Positions 1 to 7,417 of a stretch of DNA of 61,714 nucleotides are shown in pieces. The notes under the pieces were generated by a model. The model worked only from the letters and a program-made list of their open reading frames with translations. It made no database searches and was not told the origin of the DNA. The DNA is from a virus. Taxonomy: Duplodnaviria; Caudoviricetes. The stretch is from the IMG/VR virus record IMGVR_UViG_3300032213_001078, positions 1 to 61,714 of that record. One strand, given 5' to 3'. Every line of letters begins with the position of its first letter. The first letter of the stretch is position 1. The translations under genes were made by a program, and so were the position numbers.

Positions 1-387
1 GATTGGCCAAGGTTCTACTTCACTACCTCTTTCAAGTACAAGGCGTTTGAGTTGGCCATTGCAATGCGAGTACAAGAGGACATTAATCGCATCATGAAAG
101 GAGAAGAGGTGGTGGACAGATGGAAGAGAGTCAACACTCAAGACAAAGAGGGCAACACAAAGCTGTTCTCAAGAATGGACGTGATCGGACAAAATGGCAA
201 CGAAGGCACTCACTACGAAGAGACGTGGATGGAGTTGGAGTACTACGACGAGTACCAAAAGGCATTGACCACGGGCATGTTCTTCGAGTGGTTCCCTAAT
301 TTGACCGGAAAATGGCAAGAGGACAAGTATTGGTTCTGTCACGAGATGAGAAAGATAAAAAGTTCAAATGATAAAGAGACTAAGTAG
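1..387 (+). CDS. hypothetical phage protein (5'-truncated)
   Basis: The frame of ORF 52..387 is open back to base 1; no family recognised. Confidence 0.65.
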   Translation, partial: DWPRFYFTTSFKYKAFELAIAMRVQEDINRIMKGEEVVDRWKRVNTQDKEGNTKLFSRMDVIGQNGNEGTHYEETWMELEYYDEYQKALTTGMFFEWFPNLTGKWQEDKYWFCHEMRKIKSSNDKETK

Positions 388-489
388 TAAAGACACTAAG
401 TTTTTGGCGAGACTGTTGGGTACGCCTTCTCGTTACACGGACAGAGGATGGATCAACAGGTACTTATCACTACAGAAAACCGTTGAGTT

Positions 490-846
490 ATGATAGGCGG
501 AGCAGCGCTGTTACTAATGCAGCACTTGATGAGCAGTTCGGGACCGTCCTCGTATTATAGGAGTAGTGCCTCAACAATACAAACAAAGAATCAATTACAA
601 CCAAACGAAACAGTTATGTTTATAGAATTAAACGAATTACATTTGGATGGCAGTACAGATGTAAAGCGAATCAACGCTGCCTATATCAAATACATGGAGA
701 CCACTAAGTTCTTTTTGACAGATATGGAAACATACAAGACAACAAAGGACTACGTAGATGCCACAAGAATTACCATGTTCGACGACAGTAAGCTGTTCGT
801 TGCAGACAGTCTGCACGAATTAGGATTTAGATTACAAGTAGTATAA
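490..846 (+). CDS. hypothetical protein (alternative start at 616)
   Basis: ORF track; both ATGs (490, 616) have the GTTATG leader common in this window. Confidence 0.6.
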   Translation: MIGGAALLLMQHLMSSSGPSSYYRSSASTIQTKNQLQPNETVMFIELNELHLDGSTDVKRINAAYIKYMETTKFFLTDMETYKTTKDYVDATRITMFDDSKLFVADSLHELGFRLQVV

Positions 847-857
847 AACAATAAGTT

Positions 858-1235
858 ATGATAAGCGTATTATGCACATTAGCCTGCTTTTTAGCAATAG
901 TATGGATAATGGTATTTGAACCATTCGGAACCAAAGAGAGCAGAAGAAAGAGGTACGGACTAGACCAGTACAGAATACAAAAGCTAGATCGCTACGAGGA
1001 CGCCACGATAGTATCTACAAAGTATTACGTACAGCAGTTAACAAGAGTGCCATTTATACCAGGAAATTGGAAGACGTGGAAGGACATAGAAGAATACCTG
1101 TGTGGAATGGGAGATTGTTATTGGTACACCAAGTATTACAGCACCATAGAAGAGGCGGAGAAGGCCATAAATAAGATGAGGACAGGCGAGCCATTCGAAG
1201 GCACAAAGGAGGAAACAGTAAAATACATACCGTAA
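858..1235 (+). CDS. hypothetical protein with N-terminal membrane anchor
   Basis: Hydrophobic N-terminus ISVLCTLACFLAIVWIMVF; tightly packed gene run. Confidence 0.7.
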   Translation: MISVLCTLACFLAIVWIMVFEPFGTKESRRKRYGLDQYRIQKLDRYEDATIVSTKYYVQQLTRVPFIPGNWKTWKDIEEYLCGMGDCYWYTKYYSTIEEAEKAINKMRTGEPFEGTKEETVKYIP

Positions 1236-1236
1236 T

Positions 1237-1473
1237 ATGACCAAGACAGCAGTACAGTACATAATAGAGGAGTTCAGTGCTATTCTAGGACCAAATATAC
1301 AATTAGAAGGCATGTCTTATCTACTATTGGCAGACGCAGCACAGAAGGCCAAGGAGATGGAGCGAGAGCAGATGAAAGAGTTCTACGAAATAGGATATCA
1401 AGACTGTCAGTGCAACCATATCAACGATGCAGATAACACCATAGAAGAGTACCTATATAACAAAGACAATTAA
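1237..1473 (+). CDS. hypothetical phage protein
   Basis: MTKTAVQYI...AKEMEREQM pattern typical of small phage ORFs; abuts neighbours. Confidence 0.7.
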   Translation: MTKTAVQYIIEEFSAILGPNIQLEGMSYLLLADAAQKAKEMEREQMKEFYEIGYQDCQCNHINDADNTIEEYLYNKDN

Positions 1474-1475
1474 AC

Positions 1476-1865
1476 ATGAAAGACACGGACATAATAGACG
1501 AGCATTTAATTATCAGAGAGACAGTAGGATACGAGGTATTAAATCAAGTGCCAATAGAGGACATGCCGAAAGTAATGGAGTTCTTACAGATAGTCTATAA
1601 CTATAATCGAATGAAGAAGGTTGCCGGTGATAATATGGTGGAGAAGATACACGAAGTCCACAAAGAGATAGCCGATAGGGAAGAAGAGCAGTTAATAGAA
1701 CGTATAGTAACGAATAATGATATAGTAGGGTTAGATGGTCGTAATAATCCAATGCTTAGACTTGACGGAGTATATTATACCTTAGATCCAAGCTTCAAGA
1801 AGATATTAACGAGAGAAGTAACTAGAGGAGGCCATTGGTGGTGGGATGCGTTAGAACCCAAATAA
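1476..1865 (+). CDS. hypothetical protein
   Basis: ORF in a co-directional packed run. Confidence 0.65.
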   Translation: MKDTDIIDEHLIIRETVGYEVLNQVPIEDMPKVMEFLQIVYNYNRMKKVAGDNMVEKIHEVHKEIADREEEQLIERIVTNNDIVGLDGRNNPMLRLDGVYYTLDPSFKKILTREVTRGGHWWWDALEPK

Positions 1866-1881
1866 TATTAAATAAACCTAT

Positions 1882-2109
1882 ATGATACCCACACCAAGAG
1901 AGAAAGCCCAAGCACTAATAGACTACTACTACCAATTCATAGAGCAAGACTCGGAGTGGTGCATGATACAGAACAGTAAGCTATGCTCAAGAAAGCTAAT
2001 ACAAGAGGTACTCGCATCGACAAGCATACCAATACAAGTAGAGTACTGGCTACAAGTGAATAGCGCAGTAGACGAGATCTCCTATATAGAAACCTATTAT
2101 CCGAGATAG
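1882..2109 (+). CDS. hypothetical phage protein
   Basis: TPREKAQAL...YWLQV small ORF; A-rich leader. Confidence 0.65.
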   Translation: MIPTPREKAQALIDYYYQFIEQDSEWCMIQNSKLCSRKLIQEVLASTSIPIQVEYWLQVNSAVDEISYIETYYPR

Positions 2110-2121
2110 AAGCCGTAGAAG

Positions 2122-2130
2122 ATATTTATA
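2122..2130 (+). promoter_or_regulatory. putative late promoter motif ATATTTAT
   Basis: ATATTTATA 16 nt before ATG 2147; the motif recurs before many structural genes. Confidence 0.6.
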
Positions 2131-2146
2131 CAGAAGACCACCAAGA

Positions 2147-2611
2147 ATGATAAAGCTATCAGATATACTACAAGAGATAGGAGACGCCCAATCAAAGCCG
2201 TATCCATGGAAGACCACAGTAGAAAGGGACGATGCAACCAAGTACGAGTTTAAGACAGAGCAAGGCACAGTATACGAGGTAGTAATAGACGCAGAGTCAG
2301 ACGAGGAGGGAGAAACCTTAGGAATAGCAGTGTCGTTCAAACCAAAAGATCTAGAGAAGTACACGAGTACAAACGAAGGCAACCAATACAAGATCATGGC
2401 GACCGTAAAAGAGATACTAGAAGCCTATATGACTTTAGCCAAATCAAGCGGAAGCATGCCAATAGAGTTCATCAAATTTGTACCCGAGAAAGAGAAAGGA
2501 GAACAGGACGAGAGACGCTTCAACTTCTACCTACAATACCTAAAGAGATTGCTACCAAACTGGAAGGTAGAGAGATCCGCCGATAACAAGGTGATCGCAA
2601 GCATTAAGTAA
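2147..2611 (+). CDS. putative head-packaged protein with MIKLSDILQE leader
   Basis: N-terminal motif shared with ORFs 51649, 52037 and 52724; late-motif promoter. Confidence 0.6.
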   Translation: MIKLSDILQEIGDAQSKPYPWKTTVERDDATKYEFKTEQGTVYEVVIDAESDEEGETLGIAVSFKPKDLEKYTSTNEGNQYKIMATVKEILEAYMTLAKSSGSMPIEFIKFVPEKEKGEQDERRFNFYLQYLKRLLPNWKVERSADNKVIASIK

Positions 2612-2631
2612 AAGAGCTTAATATAGAATAG

Positions 2632-2668
2632 AAAAGAGCCCAACAAACCTATTACGTTGGGTTTTTTT
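2632..2668. terminator. intrinsic terminator, possibly bidirectional
   Basis: AAAAGAGCCCAAC...GTTGGGTTTTTTT stem with flanking A and T tracts. Confidence 0.75.
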
Positions 2669-2714
2669 ATGTGCGTGCTAGAAAATCCGTGAGAGTGTAG
2701 CAATAACCGGGTGG

Positions 2715-2748
2715 TAAAAAGTGTCAATTTGTGTTAAAAAGTGTCAAT
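2715..2748. repeat. 14-bp direct repeat TAAAAAGTGTCAAT x2 (20-bp period)
   Basis: Exact copies at 2715-2728 and 2735-2748 in non-coding DNA. Confidence 0.9.
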
Positions 2749-2894
2749 GCTAGGGAGAACTATCACTGAATAAGGGGGCCCCGTAGTGTGGAACTTATAA
2801 ATATCTTATTTGTGCCCACCTCCAGAAAATATTTTTATATTTACACTCAAGATCCAATATAATCCGAAAAAAATCTAATTGTGCAGTAGTGCAC

Positions 2895-2903
2895 ATATTT
2901 ATT
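2895..2903 (+). promoter_or_regulatory. putative late promoter motif ATATTTAT
   Basis: ATATTTATT 4 nt before ATG 2908. Confidence 0.5.
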
Positions 2904-2907
2904 CTAT

Positions 2908-3324
2908 ATGAATAAGAAACAACTACAACAGCAAGTCAACAGATACTACTCTACCAATTTACCGTGCAAGATCATAAGCGAGATCATAGGAATAGGCAAA
3001 ATGCAATTCATTGATTTCATAGACAGTCATTTTTGGGACGAATCAATCAATAGAATGAACTACGGAACGGAATGGCAGCTGGATCATGTTGTGCCTCAGA
3101 ATCTATTTGATATGGAGAAGGAAGAGGACGTATTGCTTTGCTTTAACTACATGAACTATATTCCCATGCTGAATCATGATAATAGGTTGAAGGGTGGATC
3201 GATACACTTCTCCATTCACATTCTAAACAAACGTTTGACTCAGTATCCAGACAATCCCATATTGCATAAATTAATGTCTAGGTGCCAAGCAGAGTTGGAC
3301 ACTCGATGGGCTAAATACTCATAA
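2908..3324 (+). CDS. HNH-type endonuclease (prasinovirus endonuclease VII-like)
   Basis: NYGTEWQLDHVVP...CFNYMNYIPML..DNRLKG beta-beta-alpha-Me motif. Confidence 0.75.
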   Translation: MNKKQLQQQVNRYYSTNLPCKIISEIIGIGKMQFIDFIDSHFWDESINRMNYGTEWQLDHVVPQNLFDMEKEEDVLLCFNYMNYIPMLNHDNRLKGGSIHFSIHILNKRLTQYPDNPILHKLMSRCQAELDTRWAKYS

Positions 3325-3528
3325 CTGATTGGTTTTCAATGGCAGGCCCCCCTCTTTCTGCGTGGAACACTTTGGGTACCAACCTGTTGCAACTCGTTGG
3401 TTCTCAATCGAGAATTTTTAAAATAGTTGCTAAAAGATTTTTTTGGTAAGCAGAATTGCAGTACTTTTACTATGGTTGCAGCCCACCCTATTAACCGCTC
3501 AACCCATTGAAAACCAATAAGTTATGAG
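3318..3528. repeat. 25-bp inverted repeat (24/25 identical) enclosing 161 bp, plus a degenerate third copy
   Basis: 3318-3342 CTCATAACTGATTGGTTTTCAATGG versus reverse complement of 3504-3528 CTCATAACTTATTGGTTTTCAATGG; partial copy AACTCGTTGGTTCTCAAT at 3391-3408. Confidence 0.9.
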
Positions 3529-3814
3529 AAAAATGATACAATCCAATGCCAGCGTAAGTTTCAACGCAGTAGTAACCTATACAGATATCTTGGGCACCAA
3601 GCACAACATCTCTTGTAGAACGCGTAACCAGATCAAGCAGGCCAATGCTTTCTTATCTATGTTCAAGAGAGAAGGCACCACCATCAAAGCTTTGGCAGCA
3701 CAGTACAACGTTAAGAACGGAAAGTTCCAGAACGTAAGCAGGTTAATATCTGACATCGTTATGGTTGGTTTTACGAAAGAAGCTGCACGCAAGATCGTTG
3801 CATCAAGCCTATAA
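3524..3814 (+). CDS. hypothetical basic protein
   Basis: ORF with GTTATG leader. Confidence 0.7.
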   Translation: MRKMIQSNASVSFNAVVTYTDILGTKHNISCRTRNQIKQANAFLSMFKREGTTIKALAAQYNVKNGKFQNVSRLISDIVMVGFTKEAARKIVASSL

Positions 3815-3836
3815 TTAAATTAAATAAAAGTTATAT

Positions 3837-4208
3837 ATGAATTACACAGTAAAAGAAAACGTTATAGACGTTACGTTCCCTGAAGAAACAGTAGTAGAAT
3901 CGCACGAAATGTTTTTATCAAGAAGAAGCAACACAATGGCAGGTATCATTGGATTGCTGAGTAGTAGATTGGAGATCATTAACATGAACCTCAGATTTGA
4001 CATGCAGTACGACACCATGACCGCCGATCAGTGGCTTAGAACTGTAAAGCAGTCAAGAATGGAGATACTCGAGTGTTTGATCAAGTACCAACAACTTTGG
4101 GCAATGATGCAAGACTACAAAGAGGGTGACTATGGTATGTCTATGTACCAAGACAAGATGAAGGAGTACACCACGGAGTTAGACGCACTTAAAACTTTAG
4201 CTTTATAA
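3837..4208 (+). CDS. hypothetical protein
   Basis: ORF with TAAATAAAAGTTAT leader, also found before 4583. Confidence 0.7.
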   Translation: MNYTVKENVIDVTFPEETVVESHEMFLSRRSNTMAGIIGLLSSRLEIINMNLRFDMQYDTMTADQWLRTVKQSRMEILECLIKYQQLWAMMQDYKEGDYGMSMYQDKMKEYTTELDALKTLAL

Positions 4209-4261
4209 TATCGCCAGAATTGGTTATATTTACCTATATTCGTTAATCAAAAACAATCAAC

Positions 4262-4510
4262 ATGAGCACAAACTCAAACAGACCAAGTAGCTACACTAAG
4301 TTAAGCTACATCCAGAAAGTAAGCCGTATCAACCGCAAATTGCGTAACGGTGACATCACTAACGTAGCAGCTACAACTGGCTTCTCTACGACTCACGTGT
4401 CTGACGTGATTGCTGGTAAGTACTTCAACGACAAGATCGTTAACGAAGCTTACGACGTAACTCGTGGACGTATCAGCAATGCAGTTAAGTTATCTAGCTT
4501 AATGGCATAG
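4262..4510 (+). CDS. small helix-turn-helix DNA-binding protein
   Basis: GDITNVAATTGFSTTHVSDVIAG fits an HTH; followed by its own terminator. Confidence 0.6.
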   Translation: MSTNSNRPSSYTKLSYIQKVSRINRKLRNGDITNVAATTGFSTTHVSDVIAGKYFNDKIVNEAYDVTRGRISNAVKLSSLMA

Positions 4511-4518
4511 TGCATTAC

Positions 4519-4548
4519 AAGAAGGGGTTTCGGCCCCTTCTTTTCTTT
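4519..4548 (+). terminator. intrinsic terminator
   Basis: AAGAAGGGGT-TTCG-GCCCCTTCTT stem with UUCG loop and T-rich tail. Confidence 0.85.
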
Positions 4549-4582
4549 GTATCCAATTACATCAATATATTAAATAAAAGTT

Positions 4583-5377
4583 ATGACTAAATCAATCGAG
4601 ACGATCTCATTAGAACGCGCAAAAGTAATGGCACCAGCAATCTTCGCTACGGAGCCTGCTTCTTACATCAATCAGAAGCTATACACATTCACACCAACTA
4701 CAGGTATCATTGATCAGATGAACAGCCAAGGATGGCAACTGACAAAGGTACAGCAGTCCCAATCCAAGTCTGCATTACGTAAGGACTACGGTATACACAT
4801 CGTTAGGTTCCAACACCCCGACATCTACATCAAGGACGAGAATGGTGGAGTAGAGGCAAGACCTGAGATAGTAGTAATTAACTCACACGACGGTACAAAG
4901 CCATTACAGTTCGAAGCAGGTCTATTCAGATTGGTATGCGAGAACGGCTTGGTGCTTAAGACACAAGACTTTGGTGGCTTCAAAGAGAGACACACCAAGT
5001 TTACCTTAGACAGTTTAAAGGAGAAGATAGAAGAGAAGATGAGCATCATGAACAAGACAGTAGGTACTATATCCAGATGGGCAGGCAAGGAAATGTCAGC
5101 GGCAGAGAGAAGAGCATTCGCTACAGACGCCTTGAAGTTAAGGATCTCAACTGACAGAACGCCCGAGGAGTACGAGATCATGGAGATATTGAACCCACGC
5201 AGAGACGCAGACAGAGCAAACACTCTATGGCACACATTCAATAGAGTACAAGAGAACCTGATCAAAGGAGGCTATCAGATGAACAACAGAACGGCTAGAG
5301 CCATCACCAATCCTATGGAGGACATGGTTCTTAATCAAGGCCTATGGCAGATCGCTGACCGCTTCGTGGCAGCGTAA
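4583..5377 (+). CDS. DUF932/DUF945-family protein
   Basis: PEIVVINSHDG...AGLFRLVCENG and LWHTFNRVQENLIKGG signatures. Confidence 0.85.
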   Translation: MTKSIETISLERAKVMAPAIFATEPASYINQKLYTFTPTTGIIDQMNSQGWQLTKVQQSQSKSALRKDYGIHIVRFQHPDIYIKDENGGVEARPEIVVINSHDGTKPLQFEAGLFRLVCENGLVLKTQDFGGFKERHTKFTLDSLKEKIEEKMSIMNKTVGTISRWAGKEMSAAERRAFATDALKLRISTDRTPEEYEIMEILNPRRDADRANTLWHTFNRVQENLIKGGYQMNNRTARAITNPMEDMVLNQGLWQIADRFVAA

Positions 5378-5397
5378 GCTCTGCTTGGATTGCAAAA

Positions 5398-5444
5398 GGG
5401 TTGCTAGCAAAAGATTTCGGTCAACAACGCTACGCTAGCAACCC
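5398..5444. repeat. 11-bp perfect inverted repeat in a GC-rich intergenic region
   Basis: GGGTTGCTAGC (5398-5408) / GCTAGCAACCC (5434-5444). Confidence 0.85.
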
Positions 5445-5566
5445 GTTAGCGTCCCACCAACGACACGGTTATCGGAGGTAGCGAACTGCTAGGGGGCCCC
5501 TGGTCCCTTGGTCCGTCACCGAGAATTCCCCGGTTTTCACATTGTTAAAAGTATAAATACAAATAT

Positions 5567-5767
5567 ATGTCACCATTTACGCAAGAACAGATCAATAGCT
5601 ACATTGAATTAGCTGCTTTAAAAACAGCTACAGAATTGGCATTAGAGGACGGAGAAGATTTTAATCCTACCGATATTGGAAATTACGACGACGTATACGA
5701 CAGAGGACTTTTGGACGCTCAAATTGAGAACGCTAGATTCATTTTAACTCTATTTAAAAAAAAATAA
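5567..5767 (+). CDS. hypothetical acidic protein
   Basis: ORF with TAAATACAAATATATG leader, same as at 6172. Confidence 0.65.
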   Translation: MSPFTQEQINSYIELAALKTATELALEDGEDFNPTDIGNYDDVYDRGLLDAQIENARFILTLFKKK

Positions 5768-5791
5768 TTTATAATATAAAAAACAAATAAA

Positions 5792-5959
5792 ATGGCACAA
5801 GAATTAGACTACATTATCGTAGAAGCAAACACGGTTGGAGAATTGGAAAAGAAGGTAAACGACAGACTCTCTTTCGATTATGTTATCACCGATACACCAA
5901 TAGTAATTCACACAGACAATCAAGGCATCCGCTATTTTCAAACCATGACAAAAGCATAA
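5792..5959 (+). CDS. DUF1737-like small protein (55 aa, not in ORF track)
   Basis: Hand translation MAQELDYIIVEANTVGELEKKVNDRL...YFQTMTKA; resembles ORF 7112. Confidence 0.6.
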   Translation: MAQELDYIIVEANTVGELEKKVNDRLSFDYVITDTPIVIHTDNQGIRYFQTMTKA

Positions 5960-5962
5960 CCT

Positions 5963-6145
5963 ATGTTCGACTTGCTAATAGATCTTATGACCAACATTAG
6001 TGCCATGGGTAAGGCGTCATCAAGACAGGACACCTTGTGGCGTATCCGTGAGTGCGAGCAGAGTCTAAAGGCCATTGAATTCAGGCTGCAGAATATTAGA
6101 GAGCGCACTATGGCCGACACCCCGGAGGATATCCAATTTCCGTAA
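5963..6145 (+). CDS. hypothetical protein
   Basis: Packed 3 nt after the previous stop. Confidence 0.5.
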   Translation: MFDLLIDLMTNISAMGKASSRQDTLWRIRECEQSLKAIEFRLQNIRERTMADTPEDIQFP

Positions 6146-6171
6146 TTACCCCAAAAATTAAATACAAATAT

Positions 6172-6351
6172 ATGAAAAAATTCATGAAGTATCTCACGCT
6201 AGCATTAATCGTAGCAAACTATTTGCTGTGCCTGTTTAACCTATTACGTGGAGAGTTCACACACGCTCTAAACGAGTTCACCATCGGAACCTTGTTCACT
6301 TATATCTATTTCTCAGAATCGTTCTACGACGACGAACCTTTTAAAAGCTAA
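6172..6351 (+). CDS. small membrane protein (59 aa, not in ORF track)
   Basis: MKKFMKYLTLALIVANYLLCLFNLL...; two hydrophobic segments; A-rich leader. Confidence 0.6.
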   Translation: MKKFMKYLTLALIVANYLLCLFNLLRGEFTHALNEFTIGTLFTYIYFSESFYDDEPFKS

Positions 6352-6357
6352 TCATGC

Positions 6358-6537
6358 ATGAGCAATCAACCAACCAGCAACGAAGATCAACTAATGATCG
6401 AAATGATTCTAGTGGAAGCGGACTCGTGGGGCCTGAGATGGGAAGTGGATCGGGACGCGAAGAGGTATCTAGAGGACGGAACGGCAGACGACAAGGTGGA
6501 GGCCTACATCTGGGCCTACGAGGACTGGATCAAGTAA
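6358..6537 (+). CDS. hypothetical protein (59 aa; preferred over track ORF 6354..6629)
   Basis: MSNQPTSNEDQLMIEMILVEADSWGLRWEV...YEDWIK is more protein-like than the overlapping G/R/S-rich frame. Confidence 0.55.
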   Translation: MSNQPTSNEDQLMIEMILVEADSWGLRWEVDRDAKRYLEDGTADDKVEAYIWAYEDWIK

Positions 6538-6630
6538 GTGAGAACGAGCAACTAAACTATTGGAAAGTATTGGACGAGATTAGGGAAGCCCTGGTCGAGA
6601 TCAATCAAACTCTTAAGATGAAACTCTAAT

Positions 6631-7101
6631 ATGAAACGCATATCTGCAGAACAGTCTCGATTCTACGTGCCTTTGGATATTGAGAACGACAAGTACGCTT
6701 TACAAAAGGCCAAAGCATTTACCTGCACTCCGACCGAGGACGGATGGGAGGACGTGACTTACTTTGGCGAGGCCATACTCGATCCAACTGGTAGCGTTAG
6801 AAAGCCGCAGTGGGTCTACGTACTGGTCAATAAGAGTTTACCTGGCGTTTGTAAAATCGGCATGACCACAAAGTCTGTAGACGAGAGGGTACGAGAAATA
6901 AACTCTGCTACTGGCGTGATTACTCCTTGGTTCTCGGTCTACAAACACAAGTGCGTTAACGCTCGATCCATAGAAAAAACAGTGCACGAGAAACTAGAGC
7001 AGTTCGGTAAACGCGTAAACAGAAAGCGTGAAGGCTTCGAGTGTACTACCGAATTGGCAATCGCAACAATAAAAGAGGTCGCTGAGGCCTACGAAATTTA
7101 A
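6631..7101 (+). CDS. GIY-YIG nuclease, T5orf172/MUG113-like
   Basis: WVYVLVN..LPGVCKIGMT..SVDERVREIN.ATGV..P...EK.VH...REGF. Confidence 0.85.
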   Translation: MKRISAEQSRFYVPLDIENDKYALQKAKAFTCTPTEDGWEDVTYFGEAILDPTGSVRKPQWVYVLVNKSLPGVCKIGMTTKSVDERVREINSATGVITPWFSVYKHKCVNARSIEKTVHEKLEQFGKRVNRKREGFECTTELAIATIKEVAEAYEI

Positions 7102-7111
7102 ACTTACAAAT

Positions 7112-7321
7112 ATGAAAATACAACGTTACGAGGTCGTGTACGCAAACAGCGAGCAGGCATTCGTGGATCAAATTAACCGCATGATCAAGGAGGGTTGGCA
7201 ACCCTTGGGTGGCATGGCCGCAAATTTCCAACACAACGGACAGTTCCAACAGACTGTGTACCATCAAGCAATGGTAGAATACAAGCCTAATTACGAACCT
7301 AGGTTGGATCCATTGGGATAA
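7112..7321 (+). CDS. DUF1737-family protein
   Basis: YEVV...FVDQINRMIKEGWQPLGG...YHQAMV. Confidence 0.7.
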   Translation: MKIQRYEVVYANSEQAFVDQINRMIKEGWQPLGGMAANFQHNGQFQQTVYHQAMVEYKPNYEPRLDPLG

Positions 7322-7385
7322 TTTCTCATTTCTGTATTTACAGTTCTGCGGGAACGATGGGTCGTTTTCTAATTGATATGGCTTG

Positions 7386-7395
7386 ATATTTATTA
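7386..7395 (+). promoter_or_regulatory. putative late promoter motif
   Basis: ATATTTATTA upstream of ATG 7418. Confidence 0.6.
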
Positions 7396-7417
7396 ACGTA
7401 TAATTAAACAACATTAC

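Noticed and set aside
5378-5545. Possible tRNA
   Set aside because: No cloverleaf or T-loop GTTCRA motif; kept only as an unexplained structured spacer
5552-5559. TATAAATA as a T4-type late promoter for ORF 5567
   Set aside because: It overlaps the A-rich leader also found at 6159, and this genome's structural genes carry the opposite-orientation motif
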